Assembly: GCA_045587165.1 (NCBI GenBank)
Contig: JAZNBT010000066.1
Coordinates: 1 to 45,197, forward strand
Direction of reading: 5' to 3'
Length of the DNA: 45,197 nt
Origin: Alphaproteobacteria bacterium
GTDB taxonomy: Bacteria; Pseudomonadota; Alphaproteobacteria; CAAGCB01; CAG-977
Each line of letters opens with the position of its first letter. Within the stretch, counting starts at the first letter, position 1. The notes beneath the pieces are model-generated. The model was not told where the DNA came from. It saw only the letters and a program-made list of their open reading frames with translations, and ran no database searches. Below are positions 26,792 to 37,284 of the stretch, piece after piece. Made by a program: the position numbers and the translations under genes.

Positions 26792-28651
26792 ATGTCGGAA
26801 GAAAAAATGCAATTTCAAGCCGAAGTCGGCAAAATTTTAGACATCGTCGTCAATGCGCTTTATTCGGACACGGACATCTTTTTAAGGGAACTGGTATCCA
26901 ACGCGTCGGACGCCTGTGACAAACTGCGTTATGCCGCGATTATGAAACCGGACATCGCCAAAGGCGACGGCGAATTTAAAATCGACATCACCCCTGACAA
27001 AGACGCGCATACGTTAACGATCGCCGACAACGGCATCGGTATGAACAAACAGGACTTAATCAAAGACTTAGGATCGATCGGCCGTTCCGGTTCCGCCGAA
27101 TTTTTAAACAATTTAACAGGCGACAAACAAAAAGACGCTTCGATTATCGGTCAGTTCGGCGTCGGTTTTTATTCGGCGTTCATGGTCGCCGAAAAAGTTG
27201 AGGTCCGTTCCCGCAAAGCCGGCGAAGATCAAGGTTGGTTATGGACGTCTTCCGGCAAGGGATCTTTCACCGTTACCGAAGAAAACGATGTTTCCCGCGG
27301 TACGAAAATCACGCTGTATCTGAAGCAAGACGCCCATCAGTACGCCGAAGCCGCGGAAGTTCGCCGTATCGTACGCCAATTTTCCGATCACATATCCTTC
27401 CCCGTCATCATGCACTACATGGGCGAAACGGAAACAATCAATATGGCCAGCGCTTTGTGGACGCGCAATAAAACGGACATTACCGATGCGCAATACAAGG
27501 ATTTTTATCGTCACATTTCGCACGCTTTTGACGATCCGTGGGATATTTTGCACTACAAAGCCGAAGGAACGATTGAATATACCGCATTGATGTTCATTCC
27601 GACCAAAACGCCTTTTGATATTTTCCAACCGAACCGCAACGCGCAGATCAAGCTTTACATCAACCGTGTATTCATCACCGATCAGGTGCCCGATATGTTG
27701 CCGAACTATCTGCGCTTTGTCCAAGGCGTTATCGATACCAAGGAATTGCCTTTAAACGTTTCGCGCGAAATGCTGCAAAAAACGCCGATACTGGCTAAAA
27801 TCAAAACCGGTGTCGTCCGCCGCATTTTAAATGAACTGAAGAAACGCTCTGAAAATGAAAAAGAATATCTGACATTCTGGAACGCTTTCGGCGCCGTTTT
27901 GAAAGAAGGCATTTTCGAAGACACCTACAATCGCGAAGAAATAGCCGAACTGTGCCGTTTTTATTCCACGAACGGCGACGAATTGACTTCTTTGGCCGAT
28001 TATATTTCCCGTATGAAAGACGGACAAAAGAGCATTTATTACATTACCGGCGACAACTTGGGCGTTTTACGCAACAATCCGCAATTGGAAGGCTTTGCCG
28101 CCCGCGGTATCGAAGTCTTATTGCTGACGGATCCGATTGACGAATTCTGGCCGCAGGGACTGACTCAATTCAAAGAGAAACCTATCAAAGCCGTTAACGC
28201 TGGCGCTCAGGAATTGGAAACACTTTTGATCACCGATCAGTCGGACAAGATTGAAAAAGCATCAGAATCCGATTTGGAAGCTTTAAAGAAATTCATGAAA
28301 GAAATCGTAGGCGACGACGTTAAAGAAGTCCGTACAACCGAACGTCTGACAAAAAGCCCCGTCGCCCTGTCGACCGGCGACGGCGAAGCGTCCATCCATT
28401 TGGAACGTCTGATGCGCCAACACAACCAACCGTCTTTATACGTTTCAAATCGATATTTCGACATCAACCCGCGCCACCCGCTGATTAAAAAGTTAGCCGC
28501 CAAGGTCGCGGCGGGCGACACGGGCGATACGAACAAAGCCCTTATTCAGGTTTTATTCGACCAGGCCAAAATTATCGAAGGCGAACCGATTAACGATCCG
28601 GCGGCTTTTTCACAACGCGTAACGGATTTTATGATGGCTGCCGTAAATTAA
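26792..28651 (+). CDS. htpG: Chaperone HtpG (Hsp90)
   Basis: FQAEV, FLRELVSNASDA, DNGIGM, IGQFGVGFYSAF and LPLNVSRE. Confidence 0.98.
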   Translation: MSEEKMQFQAEVGKILDIVVNALYSDTDIFLRELVSNASDACDKLRYAAIMKPDIAKGDGEFKIDITPDKDAHTLTIADNGIGMNKQDLIKDLGSIGRSGSAEFLNNLTGDKQKDASIIGQFGVGFYSAFMVAEKVEVRSRKAGEDQGWLWTSSGKGSFTVTEENDVSRGTKITLYLKQDAHQYAEAAEVRRIVRQFSDHISFPVIMHYMGETETINMASALWTRNKTDITDAQYKDFYRHISHAFDDPWDILHYKAEGTIEYTALMFIPTKTPFDIFQPNRNAQIKLYINRVFITDQVPDMLPNYLRFVQGVIDTKELPLNVSREMLQKTPILAKIKTGVVRRILNELKKRSENEKEYLTFWNAFGAVLKEGIFEDTYNREEIAELCRFYSTNGDELTSLADYISRMKDGQKSIYYITGDNLGVLRNNPQLEGFAARGIEVLLLTDPIDEFWPQGLTQFKEKPIKAVNAGAQELETLLITDQSDKIEKASESDLEALKKFMKEIVGDDVKEVRTTERLTKSPVALSTGDGEASIHLERLMRQHNQPSLYVSNRYFDINPRHPLIKKLAAKVAAGDTGDTNKALIQVLFDQAKIIEGEPINDPAAFSQRVTDFMMAAVN

Positions 28652-28680
28652 AAAAAAAGCCCCTTTCGGGGCTTTTTTAT
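28652..28680. terminator. Bidirectional terminator
   Basis: aaaaaaa-gcccc-tttc-ggggc-tttttt. Confidence 0.92.
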
Positions 28681-28691
28681 TAACCGTTTTT

Positions 28692-29402
28692 TTATAACAA
28701 ATTCAACAGCTTATCAAAAGCGGCCTCTACACCTTCGACGTCCGTTTTATTCAAAGCCAGTTCCGTTGTCTGTTCCATCATAAACAACGTTACCAAAGCT
28801 TTTTCCATTTCGAACAATACCTGATTCAAATAAATATCCTGCGTAATTTCATCGGCATAAATACACAGACGCATATAAGCTTTTAATTTTGCCGTTTCGA
28901 CGATTGTTTCTTTAAAAACATCGGATTGCTGTTCCTGCTGTTGCGCGGGTTGATCGCCGTCCGTAAAAACAACCGCATCAATTACTCTCAGAACCTGTTC
29001 AAATTGAGGATAAACCAATGTATCGTTTTTCTTTTCAAACGGATCTATCGCATCAAAATCTTCCAAAGCTCCTATATTTTCCTCGATTTTTTCCGCGGAA
29101 AGCGAGGCTAAACCGTCCAAACCGACGGTCTTGTCAAATTCTTTTAATAACGGAGAAATTTTGGCTTCCGACTTTTTTGCCAAAAGATTCAATTCCACAT
29201 TATTCGTTTTAGAAAACGTTTTAATAAAACCGAAAAACAAGGGAGATTCATCTTCCGAAACGGGCAATTCTCCATTTAAATATGCGGTCAAACGAATAAA
29301 AGCCTCGTTTTGAACGGCGTTGATTTGTTGTGTATCGTTTTGTTCCTGAGCCGCCGCGAATTCAGAAATCAGTTCCTGTTCCGTTTTCTGTGAAAAATCC
29401 AT
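28692..29402 (-). CDS. Hypothetical acidic helical protein
   Basis: About 236 aa. GGAGGG RBS before the ATG at 29402. No recognisable motif. Confidence 0.7.
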   Translation of the reverse strand: MDFSQKTEQELISEFAAAQEQNDTQQINAVQNEAFIRLTAYLNGELPVSEDESPLFFGFIKTFSKTNNVELNLLAKKSEAKISPLLKEFDKTVGLDGLASLSAEKIEENIGALEDFDAIDPFEKKNDTLVYPQFEQVLRVIDAVVFTDGDQPAQQQEQQSDVFKETIVETAKLKAYMRLCIYADEITQDIYLNQVLFEMEKALVTLFMMEQTTELALNKTDVEGVEAAFDKLLNLL

Positions 29403-29474
29403 ACTTACCCTCCGCATAAAAAACGCTTACAGTATAGGGAATCATCTGTTGAAAACAAATAAAAAAAAGAAGGC

Positions 29475-30365
29475 TCAACGGCCTTCTTTGTTTCTTTTAA
29501 GCGCTAACGACGTAATCGCGTTTTTCGAACTTTCGGCGCCTTTGTTCAAGAAATCACGCACCTGACCGGCACATTCCTGTCCTTTATTAATGACATTTTT
29601 AATCTTATCGCCGGTTTTATCGTCCTTTTGAGCTCTTTTCCTTTTTTCTTCTTCAGATTCTTTTGTCCCTTTCGGTTTTCCGGAACCGTGCGTCATAGGA
29701 ACGCTGGAAACAAAGTACGTCCCGAATGTAATGGCCAAAACCGCGGCATCACGTTTAACTTCCGTAAAAGATTCTTCCCCGCGCAGCCATTTACCCGTTG
29801 TTTTAATCAGCTGTTTCAATTCGGGCAGAATCAACCAAGACGCTTTACCGACTCGCACCGCCCCTTTAACGGCAGGAGCACCGGCCACATCACAGGCGGC
29901 CGAACAAATGCTGATGGCGCCGGAAGTCGTTGTAAAACGAGCTTCTTCCTTATTTTGTTTAAAGTAATCGAAAAGACTTTTTATTTCGCCCTTTTCTTTG
30001 GCGATTTGAGCCGGTTCAAGCAAAGACAAAGACTTTTCGCATGTCTTATAGGCGCACATACCGACGACACCCGGTAACCCGAACAATTTAGCCGCCAAAA
30101 CAGTACGAGTAATATTTTTTGCACTGTCACGGATTTTTGTATAAACCTGCCCGTGTTTGGCTTCCATTCTGGCGTCAAACTTTTTCCATCTTTTATCTAT
30201 GGCGTTCAAAACGGGAACGGCCTGCAACACTTTTTCCCGTCTTTGATGCATACGTTCCTTCATATTCATTACGCCGCGTGTCGTCGAAGACAAAAAATCT
30301 TCCCACGTACCCGTTCCGATTGATAAACTTTTCAGCTCGATACCACTGCCGACTAATTCAACCAT
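29475..30365 (-). CDS. Hypothetical basic protein with hydrophobic segments and a C-terminal ...SLALKRNKEGR
   Basis: 296-aa ORF with a GGTGGA RBS. No recognisable domain. Confidence 0.7.
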   Translation of the reverse strand: MVELVGSGIELKSLSIGTGTWEDFLSSTTRGVMNMKERMHQRREKVLQAVPVLNAIDKRWKKFDARMEAKHGQVYTKIRDSAKNITRTVLAAKLFGLPGVVGMCAYKTCEKSLSLLEPAQIAKEKGEIKSLFDYFKQNKEEARFTTTSGAISICSAACDVAGAPAVKGAVRVGKASWLILPELKQLIKTTGKWLRGEESFTEVKRDAAVLAITFGTYFVSSVPMTHGSGKPKGTKESEEEKRKRAQKDDKTGDKIKNVINKGQECAGQVRDFLNKGAESSKNAITSLALKRNKEGR

Positions 30366-30458
30366 TGTTCCACCGTTTTAAAGACATGTTCTTCACATCA
30401 TATAAAAACTTTTATAAAAGGGCAAAGCTTTTTCGACAAAAATTTTTCATTTTTTTCG

Positions 30459-31832
30459 CTAAACTTCTTCTTTTAATCTTTGACGCAATTGATCCGGAGC
30501 CGTTCCGCCATAGCTTTTCCGCGCGTTTAAAGAAGCATAAACATCTAAAACGGCATAAACATCTTTCGTAATTTGCGGACATATCCTCTGCATTTCCGTC
30601 AAAGGAACATCCGACAGGCGTAAAGAATTCTTTTCGGCGAATTTAACAATTTGTCCGGTGATATGATGAGCCTCTCTGAACGGGATAGCGGCTTTTTTAA
30701 CCAACCAATCGGCCAAATCCGTTGCCGTCGGAAAACCGTTTTCCAACGCTTGACGCATATTTTCCTTATTTACGGTCAAGCCGTCAACCAAAGCGGTCAT
30801 GACCTTCAACCCTAAAGTCAAGGTATCGCAAGCATCAAAAACACATTCTTTATCTTCCTGCATATCTTTGGAATATGCTAACGGCAAACCTTTCATTACC
30901 GTCAGCAATGTCATCAAAGAACCGAAAATTCGTCCCGTCTTGGCGCGCAACAGTTCGGCGGCATCAGGATTGCATTTTTGCGGCATGATCGAGCTGCCTG
31001 ACGTATATTCCTGAGGCATTTTGACAAACCCGAACGGTTGAGAAGAAAAAACAACCATTTCTTCGGCCAAACGGGAAACATGCATCGCGCAAATCGAGGC
31101 GCAAGACAAATATTCCAACACAAAATCTCTGTCGGAAACACTGTCCAAAGCATTCTTGGTAGGCAAGTCAAACCCTAATTTTTCAGCCGTAAAAAATCGA
31201 TCGGTATCAAAAGGAGTTCCCGCCAAAGCCGCCGCGCCCAACGGACATTCGCGCATTAAATCAAACGCGTTTGAAAACCGTTTGATATCACGTCCGAACA
31301 TTTCATAATAGGCATGCAAATAAAAACCGAAAGAAATAGGCTGCGCAACTTGTAAATGCGTAAATCCGGGCATGATCGTTTCAACATTTTCCGCCGCTCT
31401 CTTCTTCAAAACGATGCGCAAATTCCGCAGCAACACAATAGATTTTTGACATTCTTCGCGAATAAACAGTTTCAAATCCGTCGCAACCTGATCATTGCGG
31501 GATCTGGCCGTATGCAATTTGCCGCCGGCATCACCGATCAATTCCTTCAATCTGGATTCGACAGCCATATGAATATCTTCCAATTCACGGCGAAATTCAA
31601 AACAGCCGTCTTCAATTTCCGTTAAAACGGCGGATAAACCGTCTTGTATTTTCCGATTTTCGTCCGCAGTCAGGATTCCCTGCTTTTCCAGCATGGCGGC
31701 GTGCGCTTCGGATCCGCGAATATCCTGCGCATAAAGACGTTTGTCATACGGTAAAGACGCATTGATTTCCTGCATCAATTCAGAAGGGGGCAGGTCAAAT
31801 CGCCCGCCCCACATTTGATTTATTTTACTCAT
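30459..31832 (-). CDS. argH: Argininosuccinate lyase
   Basis: [23 protein letters not shown] and [11 protein letters not shown]. Confidence 0.98.
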   Translation of the reverse strand: MSKINQMWGGRFDLPPSELMQEINASLPYDKRLYAQDIRGSEAHAAMLEKQGILTADENRKIQDGLSAVLTEIEDGCFEFRRELEDIHMAVESRLKELIGDAGGKLHTARSRNDQVATDLKLFIREECQKSIVLLRNLRIVLKKRAAENVETIMPGFTHLQVAQPISFGFYLHAYYEMFGRDIKRFSNAFDLMRECPLGAAALAGTPFDTDRFFTAEKLGFDLPTKNALDSVSDRDFVLEYLSCASICAMHVSRLAEEMVVFSSQPFGFVKMPQEYTSGSSIMPQKCNPDAAELLRAKTGRIFGSLMTLLTVMKGLPLAYSKDMQEDKECVFDACDTLTLGLKVMTALVDGLTVNKENMRQALENGFPTATDLADWLVKKAAIPFREAHHITGQIVKFAEKNSLRLSDVPLTEMQRICPQITKDVYAVLDVYASLNARKSYGGTAPDQLRQRLKEEV

Positions 31833-33058
31833 TTGTTTTTATGTTTCATTCTGTAATCGCCCGTCAAACGAACGGCGTTAATTCTGATAAATCCGGCTGA
31901 ATCTTTTTGATCGAAACCGCCATGAATATCCATGGATGCGATGTTTGCATCATACGGTGTCGTTTCACTGAAACGGGCAACCGGATAAACGTTGCCTTTA
32001 TAAAGTTCCAACACAACGCGACCGTTGACGTTTTTCTGACAAGCATCTACGGATTTCATCAAAACTTCCATTTCCGGCGAAAACCAGAAACCGTTATAAA
32101 TCAAGTCCGCAATTTTAATACCGAACTGTTGATTTAAACGATACACTTCCTTGTCGGTACACAGCCCCATCAGATCAATATGAGCGGCATGCAAAATCGT
32201 CCCGCCCGGCGTTTCATAGACACCGCGGGATTTGATGCCGACGAATCTGTTTTCGACCATATCCAGCCGGCCGATACCGTTTTCAGATCCGAGCTTGTTC
32301 AGATAAATAAACAAATCCAACGGATCCGTTATAACCGTTCCGTCTTCAAGGTTTTCGATTTTAACGGGAATTCCTTCCTCAAACAATAAAGCGATTTTAG
32401 TTGTTTTATCGGGCGCTTCTTGCGGAGAAACGGATTTGGAATAGACGCTTTGCGGACATTCGGCGTTCGGATCTTCCAAAATGCCGGATTCGTGACTGAT
32501 ATGCAGCAGATTATCATCTTCGCTGTAAGCTTTTCCGGCATGCTTTTTAATTTCGATTCCATGTTTTTCGGCATAAGCCAACATATCGGGTCGTCCTTGG
32601 AATTCACTTAAAAATTCTTCGTCTTTCCAAGGCGAAATAATTTTAATCGCCGGATTTAATGCATAGGCGCCCAATTCGAAACGAACCTGATCATTTCCTT
32701 TGCCGGTCGCACCGTGAGCAATATATTCGGCGCCTTCTTCCTCGGCGATACGGATATGATGTTTGATAATCACGGGACGAGCGATCGAAGTCCCTAGTAA
32801 ATAACGGTCTTCATAAATGGCGGCCGCTTTAAAAGACGGAAAAATATAATCCGTCACGAATTCACGCTGCAAATCCAAAACATACGCTTTTATCGCGCCG
32901 CATTTCAGCGCCTTTTCTTCGATTGCATCAAAATCATCATCCTGCCCGACGTTTGCCGTATAAGTAATGACGTCAAAGCCTTTGTTAATCAGCCATTTTA
33001 AAATAACGGAAGTATCCAATCCGCCCGAATAGGCCAACACGACTTTTGGTTTGTTCAT
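31829..33058 (-). CDS. argG: Argininosuccinate synthase
   Basis: [34 protein letters not shown] and [13 protein letters not shown] overlap with argH. Confidence 0.98.
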   Translation of the reverse strand: MNKPKVVLAYSGGLDTSVILKWLINKGFDVITYTANVGQDDDFDAIEEKALKCGAIKAYVLDLQREFVTDYIFPSFKAAAIYEDRYLLGTSIARPVIIKHHIRIAEEEGAEYIAHGATGKGNDQVRFELGAYALNPAIKIISPWKDEEFLSEFQGRPDMLAYAEKHGIEIKKHAGKAYSEDDNLLHISHESGILEDPNAECPQSVYSKSVSPQEAPDKTTKIALLFEEGIPVKIENLEDGTVITDPLDLFIYLNKLGSENGIGRLDMVENRFVGIKSRGVYETPGGTILHAAHIDLMGLCTDKEVYRLNQQFGIKIADLIYNGFWFSPEMEVLMKSVDACQKNVNGRVVLELYKGNVYPVARFSETTPYDANIASMDIHGGFDQKDSAGFIRINAVRLTGDYRMKHKNK

Positions 33059-33108
33059 TTTCAAAATCCTTAACCAGAGTACACTTACAAAATATTTAAA
33101 GAGCTAAC

Positions 33109-33136
33109 ATTGTATGAAAGGCATGTTTTTTGTCAA
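33109..33136 (-). promoter_or_regulatory. sigma70 promoter of argG-argH
   Basis: Minus strand TTGACA-N16-TACAAT. Confidence 0.65.
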
Positions 33137-33162
33137 CAGGTTGCGTTTTTTGAATCATTTCC

Positions 33163-33191
33163 TTGCATTTAAAGAAAAGATTATGTACATT
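33163..33191 (+). promoter_or_regulatory. sigma70 promoter of the rpsF operon
   Basis: TTGCAT-N17-TACATT. Confidence 0.6.
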
Positions 33192-33199
33192 TCAGTTTC

Positions 33200-33304
33200 C
33201 GTTTACTCCTTGCCGGCATAACGGACCGGCTATGTTCCAAGGCAGCCGTCCATGGGGGGCGGTTTGTTTTTTGGGATTGAGAGAAGCCAAAAGGAGATTT
33301 TTAA
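33200..33304 (+). ncRNA. Putative S6:S18 ribosomal protein leader (cis-regulatory RNA)
   Basis: CTCCTT (33206-33211) can pair with the SD AAGGAG (33291-33296), which is preceded by a GCCAA 'CC' element. The interior is GC-rich and structured, and the site is directly 5' of rpsF. Confidence 0.6.
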
Positions 33305-33700
33305 ATGGCTTTATATGAAAGCGTGTTTATTGCACGTCAGGATATTGCCGCTTCTCAGGTTGACGCATTGATCGAACGCTTTGAAGGCGTGATTGCAGCC
33401 AACGGCGGCAAAGTTACGAAAAAGGAAAACTGGGGACTGCGTTCCTTGGCTTACCGTATGAATAAAAACCGCAAGGGACATTATGTTCTGTTCAATATCG
33501 ACGCCCCCGCAAAGGCGTTGATCGAATTGGAACGTCAGATGCGCTTTGACGAAGACGTTATTCGTTATCTGTCCGTCCGCGTCGAAGAATTGGAAGAAGG
33601 ACCGTCCGCTATGATGTCTTACAAAGGTAAAGACGTTAAAGGCCGCGGTAAAAAATTCGACGACAAGTTTGATCTTGAAGATGAAAGCGAGGAATTCTAA
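33305..33700 (+). CDS. rpsF: 30S ribosomal protein S6
   Basis: [10 protein letters not shown] and [17 protein letters not shown]. Confidence 0.98.
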   Translation: MALYESVFIARQDIAASQVDALIERFEGVIAANGGKVTKKENWGLRSLAYRMNKNRKGHYVLFNIDAPAKALIELERQMRFDEDVIRYLSVRVEELEEGPSAMMSYKGKDVKGRGKKFDDKFDLEDESEEF

Positions 33701-33936
33701 TGGTAGCCACAACACGCCGTCCGTTCTTCCGCCGTCGCAAGGCTTGCCCGTTTGCAGCCAAAGACGCTCCGAAGATCGATTACAAAGATATTAAACTGTT
33801 GCAGCGTTTCATTTCCGAACGCGGCAAAATTGTTCCCAGCCGCATTACCGCCGTTTCCGTCAAGAAACAGCGCGAATTGGCCAAGGCGATCAAGCGCGCC
33901 CGTTTTCTGGGTCTGCTGCCTTATGTCATGGACTAA
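33700..33936 (+). CDS. rpsR: 30S ribosomal protein S18
   Basis: [18 protein letters not shown] and [13 protein letters not shown]. Confidence 0.99.
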   Translation: MVATTRRPFFRRRKACPFAAKDAPKIDYKDIKLLQRFISERGKIVPSRITAVSVKKQRELAKAIKRARFLGLLPYVMD

Positions 33937-33951
33937 GGAAGGAGAAAAATA

Positions 33952-34494
33952 ATGGAAGTTATTTTGCTGGAACGCATTGAAAAATTGGGACAAATGGGCG
34001 ATATCGTCAAGGTAAAGCCCGGATTTGCCCGCAACTATCTGTTGCCGCAAGCCAAGGCTCTGCGTTCAAACAAAGAAAATCTGGCTTTGTTTGAAGCTCG
34101 CAAAGTTCAGTTGGAAGCTGCCAACCTGAAACGCAAGGAAGAAGCCGAACAGATCGCCGCCAAGATGGAAGGTCTGAATCTGGTTATCGTCCGTCAGGCT
34201 GCCGAAACAGGTCAGTTGTACGGTTCGGTTACGGGTCGTGACGTTCGCGATGCCATTCGTGAAGCCGGCTATAACGTTGAACGCCGTCAGGTCGTTTTGG
34301 ATCAGCCGTTGAAAGAAATCGGCATCTATAACGTCCGTGTTATTTTGCATCCGGATGTCAGCCGCACGGTCGGCATTACGGTTGCCCGTTCTGTCGAAGA
34401 AGCCGAGCGCAACGCCAAAGCTGCCGCCAAGGCAGCAGCCAAAGCCGAAGCAGCCGAAACGGTTGAAGTTGAAGCTGTCGTAGCCGAAGCCTAA
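33952..34494 (+). CDS. rplI: 50S ribosomal protein L9
   Basis: VKVKPGFARNYLLP and GQLYGSV. Confidence 0.98.
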   Translation: MEVILLERIEKLGQMGDIVKVKPGFARNYLLPQAKALRSNKENLALFEARKVQLEAANLKRKEEAEQIAAKMEGLNLVIVRQAAETGQLYGSVTGRDVRDAIREAGYNVERRQVVLDQPLKEIGIYNVRVILHPDVSRTVGITVARSVEEAERNAKAAAKAAAKAEAAETVEVEAVVAEA

Positions 34495-34516
34495 TTCAGC
34501 GGCATATTCTGAAATA

Positions 34517-34556
34517 AACGGCGGGGGTATGAATATTATGCTCCTGCCGTTGTTTT
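34517..34556 (+). terminator. Terminator-like hairpin between rplI and dnaB
   Basis: aacggcgggggtat...atgctcctgccgtt plus gtttt (includes G-U pairs). Confidence 0.6.
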
Positions 34557-34621
34557 AACTTCACAATAAAATTTCTCTAAAACAAGGGAAAAAATAAAAC
34601 TCGGTACGGAAGGATCTCAGA

Positions 34622-36100
34622 ATGAACAATGGTAACGAAAATACGGTATTAAGTCGTCTTCCGCCACAAAATATCGAAGCGGAACAAGCTTTGTTGGGTG
34701 CCATCTTGGCAAACAACCATGCTCTGGAAAAAGTATCCGAATTTTTAAGACCCGTTCATTTTGCCAGTCCTGTTCATTCCGCCATTTATCAGGCTATTTT
34801 GACGCTTCATTCCCGCGGACATTCCGCGGATCCCGTAACTTTAAAAGGTTACCTGACAAACGACGGCACGCTTGACGAAGTCGGCGGCGTAAAATACCTG
34901 ATGGACTTAGCCGCGACAGCCGTCACCATTATCAATGCCGAAGACTACGCTAAACTGATTTTCGACCGTTATCTGCGTCGTCAGCTGATCGGATTGGGAA
35001 CGGATATCGTCAATAACGCTTATGCCTTTAATTTGAACAACGACGCTTCCCTGCAAATGGCAGATGCGGAAAAAAGATTGTATGATTTGGGAACGGAAGG
35101 ACAAATCGACGGCGGCCCCAAATCTTTTGTGGAAACTTTAACCGAAGTTATACAAGAAGTATCCGAAGCCAAAAAAAATCCGGACGGAATTTCCGGCGTT
35201 CCGACCGGATTTCGTGATCTGGACAATAAAATGGGTGGTTTACACAAATCGGATCTGTTAATTTTGGCGGGACGTCCCGGTATGGGAAAAACGGCTTTCG
35301 CAACCTGTTTGGCGTTTAATACGGCGCAAAGTTTTTTGGAAGACATCAAAGCCGGTAAAAAAAGAAAAGGCGTCGCATTCTTTTCTTTGGAAATGTCGGC
35401 GTCCCAGCTGGCCGGACGTATTTTATCCACGGAAACGCAGATTGCTTCCGACAAATTGCGCAACGGAAAAATTTCAACGGATGAGTTTCGTCGCGTTGTC
35501 GGATTTGCCGCCGATTTGGAAAAAGTCCCCTTATATATTGACGACACGCCCGGACTGACCGTTGCGGCAATTCACAACCGCTGTCGAAGATTAAGACGGG
35601 ATGAATCCAAAGGATTGGGACTGGTCGTTATTGATTATTTACAATTAATTGATATGTCAACTTCGGTTTACAAAGGCGATATGGTGCGCGGATTAACCGA
35701 AACGACGCGATTGTTAAAAATCATGGCAAAAGAATTGGACGTTCCGGTTCTTGTCCTTTCCCAGCTCAGCCGTGCGGTCGAACAACGCGAAGACAAACGC
35801 CCGCTGTTATCCGACCTGCGTGATTCCGGTTCCATTGAACAAGACGCCGACATCGTAATGTTTGTTTTCCGTGAACATTACTACTTGAAAAGCAGTATTC
35901 CGGTTCAGCGCCAGAATGAAACCGAAGATAAATTCAACGATCGTTATCGTAAATGGGAAAAATCTTTGGTGGATTTACAAAATAAAGCCGAACTGATTAT
36001 TGCCAAACAGCGTCACGGTTCATTAGGAACCGTCGATTTATCGTTCGAAGGTCAGTTCACCCGTTTCGGCGATTGGATTCAACAGGATTTCGGTTCGTAA
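34622..36100 (+). CDS. dnaB: Replicative DNA helicase
   Basis: PPQNIEAEQALLG, AGRPGMGKT, FSLEM, IDYLQL, LSQLSR and DLRDSGSIEQDAD. Confidence 0.98.
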   Translation: MNNGNENTVLSRLPPQNIEAEQALLGAILANNHALEKVSEFLRPVHFASPVHSAIYQAILTLHSRGHSADPVTLKGYLTNDGTLDEVGGVKYLMDLAATAVTIINAEDYAKLIFDRYLRRQLIGLGTDIVNNAYAFNLNNDASLQMADAEKRLYDLGTEGQIDGGPKSFVETLTEVIQEVSEAKKNPDGISGVPTGFRDLDNKMGGLHKSDLLILAGRPGMGKTAFATCLAFNTAQSFLEDIKAGKKRKGVAFFSLEMSASQLAGRILSTETQIASDKLRNGKISTDEFRRVVGFAADLEKVPLYIDDTPGLTVAAIHNRCRRLRRDESKGLGLVVIDYLQLIDMSTSVYKGDMVRGLTETTRLLKIMAKELDVPVLVLSQLSRAVEQREDKRPLLSDLRDSGSIEQDADIVMFVFREHYYLKSSIPVQRQNETEDKFNDRYRKWEKSLVDLQNKAELIIAKQRHGSLGTVDLSFEGQFTRFGDWIQQDFGS

Positions 36101-37284
36101 ATTCTTTTGGCATACGCTAACAATTCAGTTCTGTCCGCCTGTCCGTTTGTTGACAACCAATATTCGTAAACACATTTCAAAGCGGTTTTAATTTCCTTCC
36201 TGTCGACATGATCCGACAGATCCGAGCCGGACAGACGAAAAGACGGAATAAATATACTTTCCGTTTTTTTCTTGATTTCAAGCCAGTTTGTATTTTTAGA
36301 AACCGCCGCAAATAAAGATACGACTTGATTTTTATCGTCATCTTTAAAATAGACGGCAAAACGAAATAAATCATTCGCCGTAAAATCGGCCGGATCTTTG
36401 TTGCGATTAAACAAGACGATATGAAGCATTTGTTTGCGTTCCGCTTTTGACATTTGCCAACGGGCGATCAGTTTCTCTACGCTTTCAGTCGTTGCTCCGC
36501 TTAAAATCAATAAACGATTTAAAAAGGATCCTTGAGGTAACAGATTCAAAAAACAATCCAAGGTCTTGATGTCCGCCTTGGGAAAATAACATTCCAAGAG
36601 ACCGGCTTGATTCATTTTTTCCAATCCGTACACCGAATTCGGAGAAGAAATCAATTTAAACAGTTCCCTTTTGGTTCTGTCCAAAGAAATCCTTGATAAA
36701 AAAGGAGAAGCGTCACTGCATGCGTTTAACGTTTCCGAATCAACCGGCGATTTTTCAAACAAAGCCAAAAAACGAAAATAACGTAACACTCGCAAATAAT
36801 CTTCGGCAATACGCTGCGCCGGATTACCGATAAAACAAACGCGACCGTTCTTTAAATCCGCCAAACCGCCGCAATAATCATAAACAGTTCCGTCAAAATC
36901 GGCATACAAAGCATTAAACGTAAAATCTCGACGCAAGGCGTCTTCTTGCCAATCTTTGGTATAAACGACTTTCGGTCGACGTCCGTCATTAAGGATATCG
37001 CGGCGCAAAGTCGTTATTTCCACTGCCGGAAACTGCTTGCTTTGCGTTAATACGGTCACGGTTCCGTATAAAAAACCGGTCGGCAAAACGGTAAATCCGT
37101 GTTTTTTTAAAATTTCCATAACGACATACGGTTTTAACGGTGTCGCCATATCAATATCAGACGGCATTTTCCCGATCAAACTATCACGTACGCAACCGCC
37201 GACAAATCTGACTTTTCCCTTTAACAGCCGAATGATTTTTTTGATTTGCCCGCAAGATTTCCAGACCGGATTTTCAATCCGCAT
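36079..37284 (-). CDS. cca: CCA tRNA nucleotidyltransferase (class II)
   Basis: VGGCVRD, DIDMAT, EITTLR, DALRRDFTFNAL and EDYLRVLRYFRF. Likely start at the ATG at 37284. Confidence 0.9.
   Translation of the reverse strand: MRIENPVWKSCGQIKKIIRLLKGKVRFVGGCVRDSLIGKMPSDIDMATPLKPYVVMEILKKHGFTVLPTGFLYGTVTVLTQSKQFPAVEITTLRRDILNDGRRPKVVYTKDWQEDALRRDFTFNALYADFDGTVYDYCGGLADLKNGRVCFIGNPAQRIAEDYLRVLRYFRFLALFEKSPVDSETLNACSDASPFLSRISLDRTKRELFKLISSPNSVYGLEKMNQAGLLECYFPKADIKTLDCFLNLLPQGSFLNRLLILSGATTESVEKLIARWQMSKAERKQMLHIVLFNRNKDPADFTANDLFRFAVYFKDDDKNQVVSLFAAVSKNTNWLEIKKKTESIFIPSFRLSGSDLSDHVDRKEIKTALKCVYEYWLSTNGQADRTELLAYAKRIYEPKSC

Noticed and set aside
30119-30571. 150-aa plus-strand ORF
   Set aside because: It is antisense to both argH and the 296-aa gene and has an implausible composition.
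33061-33140. ArgR ARG box upstream of argG
   Set aside because: No convincing TGAAT-N4-ATTCA palindrome; only a sigma70 promoter is supported.
35880-35990. Insertion in DnaB as a possible intein
   Set aside because: It is short, has no C/S...HN intein ends, and resembles the usual alphaproteobacterial DnaB insert.
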